This document shows positions 37,701-49,879 of a stretch of DNA of 64,000 bases, in pieces (position 1 is the first letter of the stretch; each line of letters begins with the position of its first letter). Under the pieces are notes generated by a model. The model was given only the letters and a program-made list of their open reading frames with translations, had not been told where the DNA came from and made no database searches. The stretch spans positions 1,670,551 through 1,734,550 of the forward strand of contig RHPI01001037.1 of the NCBI GenBank assembly GCA_009103225.1, written 5' to 3'. This DNA comes from Chlorokybus atmophyticus. Its lineage: Eukaryota > Plantae > Mesostigma and Chlorokybus algae. The translations under genes were made by a program, and so were the position numbers.

Positions 37701-40700
37701 GCACGCTCCCATAGCATTGGTCCTGTTCTGGGCAGTTGATGGCGGGCTCGTGTTGGACAGTGTCCTGCTTGTGGAGGATGGGGTACTCCACGGCGTCATG
37801 TGTGTCCTGGAAGTACTGCAAATCAAAGCGCGTGGTCTCGACGGCAAAGCGAGCCTCGCGACCAAGGTAGCAGTACTTGCACTCGTCCTTGGCCTGGATG
37901 AGAACATACTGGCCGAGGGACCCGGAGTACGCCCTCGAGTTGGTCAAACCACGGCCCGATGCCACGCTGAAGCGTGCACTCGGGGCTCCAACACCTTGGT
38001 TACGGAAGTCACCCTCCACGGGTGCAAAGGACCCGAGACCTCCCAACCATGAAGGTGGCCCGAGCGGTGCATTGAATGGGTCCAAGTCACCTTGGAGACA
38101 ATTGTTGTTGGAGTTGTCACCGACCCAACAATCGGCAGAGTAGCCCTTGGCGATGTCGCCCTGTCCTTCATTGAAAGGCCAGTAGCCGGCAATCTTGTCG
38201 AGCTCCATGTAAGGTGGGCAGTGCATCGTGTCGATGATCTCCTGTTGGGTGCGAGCCACCTTCCAGAGCTTGGCCTCGTCGATCATGCCCGTGAAGGCGT
38301 AGCCGATGTCAAGCGGGGCTTGCAGGTTGTTGGGTGGGATGCGCTTGGCGACATCATAGGACTTGGATGTAATCTCAACACCATCTTGATAGAGTGTGAA
38401 GCTGGTCTGGTTGTAGACCGCTGCAATGTGTGTCCATCCACCCGTGAGTTGGAATGGTGCACTCACTCTTCGCCACTCGCCATTGCCGGCGTACACGGTG
38501 GCCATCAGCGTGTCATAAGTCGGGGAGAACTTGAGGTCGTAGCTACGCGTGTCCACGCCAGCCTTATCCTGATCGTTCTTGTTGAACACGTAACGGAAGG
38601 TCGGGTTGATGTAATACGGCGTGCCCACATTGGCCAACAACCGCCTCCTTCCTGACTGCTCAGGTGGGGGCGGGGAGGGTGGAGGTGGCACGGGAGGGGG
38701 AGGTGAGGGTGGAGGTGGGCGTGGGGGCGGGGGGGGGGGGGGTGAGGGAGGAGGAGGAGAGGGTGTTACGCCACGCGGGCTCACCCAAGCCTCCATTGTG
38801 AAACCTGATGTGGTCAGACCCAACAGGCGCGTGTCCTCAACCTCCACGCTGGTCTGCCCGTTGAAGAAGAGGGACGTGCCAGCTGCCAAACACAATCAAC
38901 ACACATGAGACAACATATACACACCCGGTAAGTGATGACACTTTATCATTGGGCACATACCTGAAACTTCGACGCAGACGCCGTCAAGGAATGCTGCGGG
39001 GCCCTCAGTGGTGTTGATGGTGGCTGTGAGGACATAAGTGCCCATGACCTGTGGCGTGTAGGTGACAGTGTACGTGCCGTCTTCGTTGTCAACAACGTCG
39101 GCGACAATGTCGTGAGGACCCGTCAACGTGACCGTCACATTGTCGCCACCAGTAAACCTTAGACAACCGCTGTCATCCTTGGCTTGCACCTGTGAGGTTA
39201 CAACAAGCGCGTCAAAGGTAGGTACAACTACTTACAGTATGACTGTTGCCAGAGGCAATGATGCACTTACAGTGAATGAGCTCATGACACCGGCAGGGTT
39301 TGCATCTGAGACATTGGTCAGCGGGACGGTAGTGTTGGCAGAGGAAGGTCCGGCCATCACAAGTGTGACAAAGGATGCAGCGAGTTCATCATCCATGGTG
39401 ACGTTGACATTGTAGGGTCCGCATTGGCCGGGGACAGGCTGCACGGCGACGAGGTATGTGCCATCGTCCATGTCCACAACTTCAGCATCCACGGTGATGG
39501 AGTCATTGGCAGCAACCAAGACTTGGACTTGAAAGTTGTCGCCACCAGTGAGACGGCGAGCAAAACACTTGGTGCGTGCGGTGATTGAGAACACGCCAAC
39601 CCCATCAATGTCAATAGACTCCACGCCGGGTCCCACGAGCTCGGTTGCGTGAGGATCAGTTGAGTCATCATAAGAGATGTTGGCCCACAACTTATCTGCA
39701 CCCATGAGTGGCATAGCATCGCTCGTGTGGAAGTCCGCATAATCTGATGCAGCCGGACCCGTGCCTTCGCTCATGCTCCAAGCATGTGTGACATAATCAG
39801 ATCTAATAGGTGCGACTGCGCTGCTCTTAGGGCGAACCCACCCGAACCGGCTGAGTCTGTTGGGACACCTCACGCGATCCTTCATCACATATGGTGGCGT
39901 GAAGCCCGCTGTGGCAAACTCAACAGCAAAGTCCTCTGGCAGAGCCGACAGGTCCACGTCGTTGATGTTTCTACGCATGCCTTCATCCGTAATGGCCACG
40001 CCGGTGATGAGACCGTTGAAGCGGTTGGTCTCGCCCTCGGTGGAGTCTTGACCGATAAGAATTGGGACATCGGCTGCGAGGATGATGTCACGGGGGATGT
40101 CAACAAACACTTGCTTGTCCTTGAGGATGCCATCGATGTAGAAGAACATTGATACGCCGGTGGGACTGGGAACATACGTGGCCGCCACGTGCTGCCACCT
40201 GCCCTCGAGAACAGTTGCACGCCATGAGACCACCTCGCGGTACACCTCACAGGGCTCGCAGTCGCAACCAACCAACACCGCCAAATAAAGGCGGTCGTCC
40301 TTGATGCCAAAGGAAACAGAGACCAATCCATCTGAACAGAAGGTCATTCACAGAGTCAGTCATTACATGCTGTGATCAAACACATGTACCATTCACACAA
40401 CATGCACTAGGACCCATTAGTACCTGCATATGGTCTGGAGAGAATGGCCTGAGGTCCTTCCGTGCTGTAAGCGTAGATCCAGGCTTCGAGTGTAAAGCTG
40501 TCGGCCGCAAATGAGGCTGGACTGAAAACTGTGGCATTGGCGTCACGTGTGAAGTCGAGAGCGTACTCGCTAGTGAAGTACTGCGCCGTGAGCTCGCCCT
40601 CGGACAGAGCACGCGAGTAAACCCAAACCTCATCAACACGCCCATTCACCTGTCAATGGCGAGTAGCGACTTAGATCTGATTCAGAATGTGTGGGCAAGT

Positions 40701-43700
40701 CATGCATGACGGTTTTGCCAACATACCGCAGAGAGTATGGTTCCCTGCAGCAGGAACTCAGTGAATCCGGCGCCGATGAACTCCAGGATCGAGGCATCTG
40801 TGGAGTTCATAGCATTCTTTCCGTTGATGTAGACAGCGCCAGAGCCATCAGAGTACGTGCCCGCGATGTGCTTGTAGCAGCCAATGTGGGCACCCTGCAG
40901 CATCTGCAAAACATCCTCCTGCACAGATGAAAGATGTAAACAAGTATCTTACAATGAACTGGCCCAATGCATCCGAGGGACTTACTGTTGAGGCACTTAC
41001 CGACTGCTCATAGTCGACGCGGACCCACATGGAGATGGTGAAGTCCATGAAGGCCTCCGAGTCTTGAGACAGGTATGAAGCCGGCACGGGGAGAGTCAAG
41101 TTGGCACCACCCGTAAATGGACCAACAAGGACAGCTCCATTGTCAATAGCATTGCGATCCTGGGTAGAACAACAACCTCAATGTTAGGTGCCTGCTGCTT
41201 GGCAACATAATCTTAAGAGTGACAGTAAGCACTACTCTACCTCAACAAGTTGAGCAAGGCCATTGTCGCCGAGGACGTATATGCCGTGGCGGTCATTGCC
41301 GGAGGAGTCCGTAATGGTCATGACGTTGTTGTCGGCAAAGTTGGAGTCGGGCACGAAGTTGAATGTGTAATGGGCTTCGAGTCCTCGGTTGAGGTCAGTC
41401 ACGGAGGGCTGCACGAAGAACTGCGCTGGGAAGTCCTCCGGGATGTTGCTGACGTCCACATTGGGTGAGTTGGTGGCGAAGACTTGTCCCGGACCGAATG
41501 CGTCACCTTGAGGTGGCTGCGTGACGGTGAACACGTTGTTGCCGTGTGTCAACGGGCCCTCGGCGGGTGCTTGGACCCCGTTAAACACCGCTCCGAGCCA
41601 CTTTGTGGATGCAAGGTTGGTCGCTATTACGCTTACTTCCTGCCCGCCGGCAACATCGCCCACATCAGGGATGACCGCAAGCGTGTTGGGTGGGAGCCAA
41701 GGCGCCGCAGATTGAACGAAGTCCACATTGACTGCTGTCAAGACAGCTGCTGGGTCCGAGGCCAACGAGGCCACCTTGTTGTCATCATCCAAGCTTGTGA
41801 ACTTGTAATAAGCAGCAAGGCCTTCCTCATCACCCTGCAGGGACCCTCCCCAAGTATACTGAGCCACTTCATCTGAGGTGAGGGACTTGTTGAACACCAT
41901 CACTTCGTCAACGAGACCCGCGAAGAACTCGGAGGGGGCAGCCAGGTCAGAATTGCGGTAGTCCTGGCAGATGCTGAAGATACCCGTGATGTTGGGCTTG
42001 CTCGTCGTCGTGAAGCGGCTGGCAAGCTCGCCATCAACGTAGAACTGGCCCTCGCCCTCGCTGTCGATGCTAACAAACACGTGGTGCCATTGGTTGGGTA
42101 GAGCTGGAGGTCCCGTCTGTTACACACAGCCATGTCAGTGTCTGCAACTTTGGACTGGAGGCCCATATCATGCATACAAGTACACAGCAAACATGTGTAC
42201 CCGTGTGACATCAAGGATGGCATCGTCGTAGTAGAAGAAGCGGTGGCCGTCGTACATGACGAGGGCAGAGTTCTTGCCATTGTTGCTCTCAAATGACAAA
42301 ACAGTCGACACGGGCTCAACATCGCCCGAGCGGACTGCCCGGATGAGACCGCGCTTGTCACCCTAAGGGCATACAAGGAATAAGAACATGCTCATAGCTT
42401 GAGCGTATGACAACAACAACATCAACAACATACCTTTGAAAGGAGTGACCTGCGACGAACTGGCATCTCTTCTGCGGGTGCAGGCATGTCATAAGGCATG
42501 ACCCATGCACCAAAGGCATATCCATCTCCATTCAACAGGGCGTTGACCTCCGAGTCAACCGCAGTCATGTAGGAGTTGTCGCCACTGCACTCAAGCGCAG
42601 CCTGGAGCACAAACACATTCCGTGAGTCATGTGTGTGTCACAAAATGCTCTGTAACTGTGCATGCATGAGACATACTCCTCATGCACCGTTATGCCACTC
42701 GCCTCAGTAATCTCATAGACCATTGGGTTGGCGGTCAGAGGCGTGGCGCCAAAGAACAGCACCATTGGTTGGGCAGATGTGGGTGTGTTGCAGGTGAGCT
42801 CGCGTCCGTCGGGGTTTGTTGCGTTTGCGTCTGTCCTGAAGACTGCGGTCATGTTGTATGTTGCCAGTGACAGTTTTGTGCCACACGTGGGGTCAGATAT
42901 GCTCCCCGGCAACATATGCTGCATGGAGTCTCCCACAATCACGCCATCGGCACATTGCTCGGGATACCACCCTGGTTGGTTCTCCTGTTTCATGCAAAAC
43001 TGAGTAAGATGGCAGAGCGTTGCAACACAACTCCTGCGTGTATGCATGTGCTGGTTTCTACCTCGCAGATGGTGAAGTCTTGAACCACTTCCTTTACGCC
43101 CCATGTGCATGAGAGCCAAGGCGAGGGCGCAAAGTTGAAGCCCGCAATGTCCAGAGTCTCTCCACCCGTCAGCTTGCTCTTTGGTATGCTTTGGATTTCC
43201 TGTTGACATATGCGACAACACGTTCAACACAACCATCACCTACTCCATCTCCACTTCCTCCGGCAGCATGTTACCTCATAGTTCACGCCGTTAATGGTGT
43301 AGATCCAGCTAGGGTGCCACGGGACGGGTGTGAACTTGTAGTTCAATGTGCCTGTGGATGAGGTGACTGCCTGGCCATCTGGTGTACTGTCATCAACGTT
43401 CTCGCTGAAGCGGAGGTAAGCCAACACTTGGAGTTCTTCCCACATGGGTGATAGAGGAGAGGTCCACGCAGTGGAAGCCAACACGTCATCGTCGACCAAC
43501 ACGTTGAACCAACGCAACTCGTCAACCAGACCGGTGAAGTTGCCGGTTTTGAGGGTGACAACACCTGCATTGAGTGGCGTATGAGTTGATGAAGTTTACT
43601 GATTGGTATACTACAGTAAAGTACAACCGTACTCACCTTTCAAGTTGGTTGTTGCGCTGCTCTGGTACATGACAACACCGTCGACGTACAGGGTGGCAAC

Positions 43701-46700
43701 ACCTCCCACGGAGAGTGCGACGTAATGCCACTCGTTCACGCTCGACACATTTGCAGCATTGTACTGCTGACTGCAACCACAATGCAGCAGTTCTTCATAT
43801 GAGCACCATCAACGTTGAACCCAGCAGCAACAGCAACAGCAACACCACCACCACCAACAACAACATAAACAACATACCTGTCAAAGTTGGGTGAGTTCAC
43901 CACAAACTTGCCATAGTAGTACTGCACACTCTGTGTCGTGCCTGTTGTGCCACTAATCTTGAACAGTGTCTGCTCATCCTCGTCATTGTTGGGTTGCACC
44001 CACATTCCAACAGTCATTCCATCCCCAAGTATGCCTCCCACAACCACAGACACCTCCTCATCGCCAGTCAGCTCCAACACCTCCTCCATAAAGGTTTGCT
44101 TCTCGCCGGGGATGCCAACAAGCCCGTCGTTGGAAGCAGCAAAGAACATCTGCTCGGTTGCAAAAGGAGCGGGAGGAGATGCACAGGTGATGGAAGTCCA
44201 GCCACCGTAAATGTAGGTGGCTGAGCGAGAAGTCTGAAGGTTGCTCATGAAGTGGCCCTGTACACACAACAACGAGTCAAGCAGTGTTGTGTGTGTGTGT
44301 GTGTCAAGCAGTGTGTCACATGCATTGTTGTGACATGTATCTTACTGTTGCAGTGATGGCAGCTGAAACGTCATCCTGGCTGATGATGTTCCCGTTTGCG
44401 TTGGCGACCTCTGCAGGACCGAGTGACCCGACTGTGGTGTACACCCAATGGAATGGGTTGGCGAGGGCAAAGTACTTCTGGTTGGGTTGGGTGAAGTACT
44501 GATCGTAGTAACGGGGAGGTTCGTTGGACATGCGCGGGGTGTAGGGCATGTTGGTGCGGGCGTTGTCGTCAGCAAAGAGACCGCATGACAAGAAAGGGCT
44601 GCGAGCGAAGCCGACACCCGTGAACGTAACCATGTTGGACTCGCCGACGGGGTAAGCGTCCGAGTCGGGTGAAGGATGAGTTACAACCAACGGCGGGGCG
44701 AAGGGTGCGCCCGTGTAGGCATATCGCGAGTGGGAGGGGAAGGATCCCGCTGTACAGGACAACAAACAACTTCAGTAACATGATGCACTCAACTATCATC
44801 ACCTTCATTGGCTCTACTCACGTGCAAAGTAGATGTAGTCGTTGTCGAGGTCGAGGGTAGCGGTGGCGTTCTTGGCGTGGTTGCGCATGCCCGCAGTGTA
44901 GCCGGCCTTATCGGTAACATACAAGGAAACCGCAGGCACGTTGACGGGGTAGCTGGCCGAGCGGTCAAAAGCTGGCTCCTCCATCTACACATAATCACAC
45001 TCACACTCACACTCACACTCAAAATTACAGTCACAATCACAATCACGAATGCCAATGATGCATACCTGTAGGAGACGGCGGCGGCCTCCACCTTCATCAG
45101 CAGGTGGTGGAGGAGATGGAGGAGGAGGAGGTGGAGGAGAGGGTGCAGGGCCAGGTGGAGGTGGGCTAGGAGGCGGGGGGCTCGGTACCGCCGCTGCAAT
45201 GCCACAAGTGTTGGTGAATGTTGGGTTAGAGTTGTGTCACAAGACCAGAGTGCCTGCATACCAACCATCTTACCAGCGAGGCCTTCCTGGCACGGGTTGT
45301 TGAAGCGTGCCCACAACACGCGGCCGGCCGTGTAGTCGAGCTGTTCCCCGCGCGGGGCCTCGAGCTCGCGGGACGGGAGTGAAAGAGGCATCTTGAACAT
45401 GATGTCCTGTACACAAGACAACACGTCAGTCTCATGCAAGACAGTGTGGATGAGTGTATCAAGACCTCCTCCTTACGTGGAGCTCTGGCAGTGGGACGAA
45501 GCGGTTGTACACCACGACTTCATCAATGAACCCGTCGAAGGTCAGGAGGGTCCCGTCAGAGCACTGCATGCCAATCTTGAAGCTACAGCACATATTGGGA
45601 TCGCCGACAGCAACATCATCGGTGTCCACAAAGCCATCCATGCGCATGTGGTCGTCTGATCCATCCTCAGCATCTGCAGGGTTTCCATCACCAGAATCCC
45701 CACCGTCTGAGCCATCCTCATTATCATCTTGGAGAAGCCTGCAAGGATGTGTCATACCATCATGTTGGGATGTGATACAAGTGAGGTGGTTGAGAGATTG
45801 CCATGGTGATGTGTGTTTACCTTCGTCGGCCTCCACCTTCTTCAGGTGGAGGCGGTGCTGATGGAGGGGGTGGCTGGGCAATTGTGCACTTGATCGGGTA
45901 CATACCCGTGTCAAACTCAGCAACAACTTGGCCGTCAACTGCAAAGAGCCATGATACACAATTAAGCCACACATACGTACGCATCATGTCCTCATTGTCT
46001 CACGTCGTGAGAGTGAAACAGCAGACCCCATCGACTCACCTGCCAGGTTGCCGTGTCCCTCGCCGTCGATGGCCACCATGGCGTGGTGCCACATGTAGTC
46101 CTCGTACGTGCAGTTGGAGTACCACGTGTCGGTTCCATCAGTGAAACCAAACTGCTTGTTGGCAGTCTGCCAGATGAGAGCCATCTTGCATTCATACCTG
46201 ACCAACACCTATAACACACAAGTGGGATGGTCAGTATGACCCACACATACACACGTACACGCAAGGAGAGGATGTGTGTATCTCTACCTGATCTTCAGAG
46301 ACTGGTCTGTCTGTGATCTTCAATTGCACGCAGTAGAACGGCGTGGCTGTGATGAGGTACTGATCGAATGCATAAAAGCACACTTGTGATATGGCGGGGC
46401 GTGTGTCGAGTGCGGGATCCGCTGTTCCCGGCCACGTGAACGTGCGTGTGCCTCGCTCGCCAAGGGAGTTGTTGGGTGGGGTGAGGGACACGTACGTGTC
46501 GAGGAAAGCGCCCTCGGGGAGACCCGTCGTCTCGATGATAAGCATCGTACAGTCGTCGGTGTCCTCGGCGATCACATCGAAGTCGAAGTCCTCGCCGCGG
46601 TAATGTGTCAGCGTGGGCACGTTGTACTGCACAACACCAGAGGCGACATCAGATTAGACAGCCTTGAGGCAGGAGTTGACTGGTGCATCTGCGTGTACTT

Positions 46701-49700
46701 GCGTGTGGGTGTGCGTGTGCTTGTGCTTGTGCGTGTGTGCATAGCACGCGTGCGCGTTCGAGCACATACGCACACTCACATGCCTGACACAAAACACACG
46801 TATACGCGTGTCTGTTACAATAGAATGTCACCACACCTGGGAGAGGTCCAGAGCGGCAAACCAGTTCTCCACTCCCGGGTTCTTGTTTGGGTCGCCCGTT
46901 CGAATGAATGTGGGTAGGGTGTTGCCCTGGCAGGCAGAGGCCACAGGGACAACGCTGTTGCCCGACGTCTGTCCGCAGGTGGCATTGCCCGTACCAAGGT
47001 TGAGCGGGTCAGGTGTACACATCGTGAAGTCACCGTCACCGAGGCCGCAGATGGTACACTCTTGGTTACCGTAAGTACCATCAACATCTGCGTGTAAACA
47101 CAAGGTCAGTATGGGACAACAACAACAACAACAACAATTACTACTACTACTACTACTGCTTACTGTTGAAGGTTGGGGTTCCGGCGATGTTGTTCTTGCA
47201 GTTGTGGTTGCAGAAGTTGAGGTTGCCGTCATATAGGTAGAGCATGAAGTCGAGCGGCACCTTCACTTTGCTGTCGCGGACCATCACCACCATGTTGTAC
47301 AGTCCACCACGCAGCTTCGTGCCCGGACCCGTCGTCCACGTCTGCACACAACAAGCGTCACAACCCACACGCAAACCCGACACAATATTGCCACATACAC
47401 ACATACACTCATCTCCCAACCTGCCAGACGACGAGTCCGGGTACTTTAGCGCTCGGGTCGAACGAGTTGCTCGTCTGCGGCGTTTGTTGCGGCGTTCGAT
47501 CGTTGGGACACGCATTATCAGGTTGGCCATCTCCGTTCCTATCCTGCGTGTACATGTTGGAGTTGCAGTCGAAGTTGCCGTAGTACTGGTTCTTGTTGAA
47601 CACGCCGTCGGCCCTCGAACGCATGATGCCGCCCATCTCCATCTGATCTCCGAAGGTGAACTGCAGGTTGCGGTTGTCGACGGGGTCGAGGTCGTAAGCC
47701 GCGATCTGGAACTTGGCGTAGTTGGGGTACGACACGTGCATCACGGGCATCACGGGGATCTGGGAGGCGATCGGGGAACGGTTGCCGTCGCCAGTCACCG
47801 AAACTGTGATCTCCAACCTGAATCGTCCCTGTAATACAGTACTTTGCTTTTACTACAAGCGTCACACCCTTCTCAATACAGTGTTTGATGTACTTGAGGA
47901 GTTTGTGTGTGTGCGTGCGCGCAAGTTATACACACACACGCGCACGCACATACATACGCGTGTGTACATGCGTGCACGTGCGTGTCCGTTTGTGTACCTG
48001 GGCGTTGTTGTTTAGCCAGTAGTCTAACTCGGAGGGACACACGCCTGGGTTGGTGTTCCATGGCACGCTGCACTCGTATATGCGATCTCCACCGGTGTAG
48101 AAGGCTGTGTACACTGGCGCGCCTGACCCCGGGTAATTGGTTGGAAGCGCCGTCTGCGGCCTATTCATAACCGAGCCTTTAGCACATATTGTGGCAAACT
48201 TGCACGACAAAAGCAAGTGTGAGGGTGTTATCTCCTTACGTGTAGGTTTTGACCCAACGCGACACGCCTCGCACATAGTTGCCGGTAATGAGGTTGCTGC
48301 TGGCATCCACTGTGTCGAGTTGAAGGATGACATTGTCCGCCAAGCCGTCACCATAGAAGAACCCGTACACCTATGCAAAGCATAATGTTGTTCATTGCAA
48401 TTGTAATGTAAATGTAACTGTTGTACACTATCACAGTATGTGTGCGTGTCTGTGTGTGTCTGTTTACCTGAGACCAGGGCGCGCACAAGTTCTTGTTTGT
48501 GGCGTACGCGGTGTTGCTGCTCCCGCAGTCTGCTGGCAGCGTGCCGGACGGCCCCGGATAATCGCAGTAGAAGGGTGTTGGGCACTCCTTCACAATGGTA
48601 TTATCCTGCAGACAAACAACAATCCAACCATGAGCATGCCGAACACAGACACACACACGTGCTTGCACATACACGCACCCACACATACATATACCCCCCC
48701 CCCCCCNTTAGGGTTTTACCCCCCCTTACTGCTGACTGCCTCTTGCTCATTGTTGACCTTACCCGATTAAACATATGCGTTTTCCCCTCTCCTTTGTGTG
48801 CTCCTCTATGCAGCTTCCCATTTCCGCTACGGCACCATCAGTTGGATCCCCTTGCAAGGCCCCAACGCCGACGGCTCCTTCTCCGTCCAGTTCACCTTCC
48901 GCGCCGCCTTCCGTCGCAACTACGAGTGGGGCAAGTGGTTCCGGGAGCAGTGGCAGATCACTTCCTCATCCACCTACCCGGACCCATACCCCCCCACCCC
49001 CCCACCCCACCCCCACTTACCGAGTACACGCTATACGGGAACTTCACATAGAAATATTGTTGCTGCGGCACGATGGTCGGCGCAATATTCTGGCACCCCG
49101 CTCCATTACTCGCTAGCGTTGACCCAGCTGGACACGTGAAGCACCCCGCTTGATTCGGGTTGGTCGCACAGTTACTCGGCACAGTCCTCCAGAACGTCTC
49201 CGTCCCATGCCAGTTGAGTTGGGTGTTTGGGTCCGGGTAGGTGGATGAGGAAGTGATCTGCCACTGCTCCCGGAACCACTTGCCCCACTCGTAGTTGCGA
49301 CGGAAGGCGGCGCGGAAGGTGAACTGGACGGAGAAGGAGCCGTCGGCGTTGGGGCCTTGCAAGGGGATCCAACTGATGGTGCCGTAGCGGAAATGGGAAG
49401 CTGCATAGAGGAGCACACAAAGGAGAGGGGAAAACGCATATGTTTAATCGGGTAAGGTCAACAATGAGCAAGAGGCAGTCAGCAGTAAGGGGGGGTAAAA
49501 CCCTAAAACCTTCCCTACTTGGCCCCCCTGCGCTGCTTTCCCAACTGGTTCCAACTTAATTTTGTAATGCAAGACCGAGGCTTGCTTGCCCCCAGCCACT
49601 GGCTGCTATGCCACAGCAAGCTGCTACTGACAAGTTTTATGCAACATGTGCATGTATTGCTGGTCTGTCGTGTTAGTAACTAGAGTTGTTTCATGCTGTG

Positions 49701-49879
49701 ATGGCTTGCAGCTGTCTGCTCTCCCCCCTCCCCNNNNNNNNNNNNNNNNNNNNNNNNNNNNNNNNNNNNNNNNNNNNNNGGGGGGGGGGGCAATGCACGT
49801 AATGCACGTACGCACCTGCGGCAAGTTGTAAGAAGGCTAGAAGCAGCAGCCCCAGAAGCTGCCTCAGTGGGGCCGCCAT
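34718..49879 (-). CDS. Giant secreted multidomain protein (~3,800 aa, ~31 exons): signal peptide, Sib-like N-terminal module, Ig-like domain, ~6 LamG/ConA-like domains, IPT/TIG-like and filamin-type Ig repeats, Kelch propeller with DUF2341-like insert
   Basis: Exon 1 49879-49816 MAAPLRQLLGLLLLAFLQLAA with GT donor. Exon 2 49400-49021 ASHFRYGTISW. LamG motifs FTMEAWV/WTHIAAVY/FTGMIDEAKLW and FTLEAWIY/WQHVAATY/FNG. Filamin motifs VQAKDDSGCLRFTGGD...DNEDGTYTVTYTP. Kelch motifs RYSHSAVVYNDAMYVYGG...W. Long open exons 38883-36900, 36782-35867, 35685-34718. No C-terminal transmembrane helix seen. Confidence 0.85.
48708..49506. repeat. 279-bp inverted duplication (arms 48708-48986 and 49228-49506) copying the exon-2 acceptor region of the giant gene
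   Basis: The arms are exact reverse complements as far as I can read, and the ORF track shows the same peptide ASHFRYGTISW... on both strands. The left arm starts right after an N at 48707. Confidence 0.92.
49734..49779. other. Assembly gap (46 N) flanked by poly-C and poly-G runs, inside intron 1 of the giant gene
   Basis: Seen directly. Confidence 0.97.

Noticed and set aside
35030-38655. Long plus-strand ORFs (352, 153, 187 aa) opposite the giant gene
   Set aside because: Antisense shadows of GC3-rich coding exons, with no independent motifs.
48775-49139. Apparent second plus-strand gene starting ASHFRYGTISW
   Set aside because: It is the inverted duplicate arm; it lacks exon 1 and breaks off at 48986.
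49496-49510. TAAAACCCTAAAACC as a telomere remnant
   Set aside because: Under two units; at most a telo-box in intron 1.
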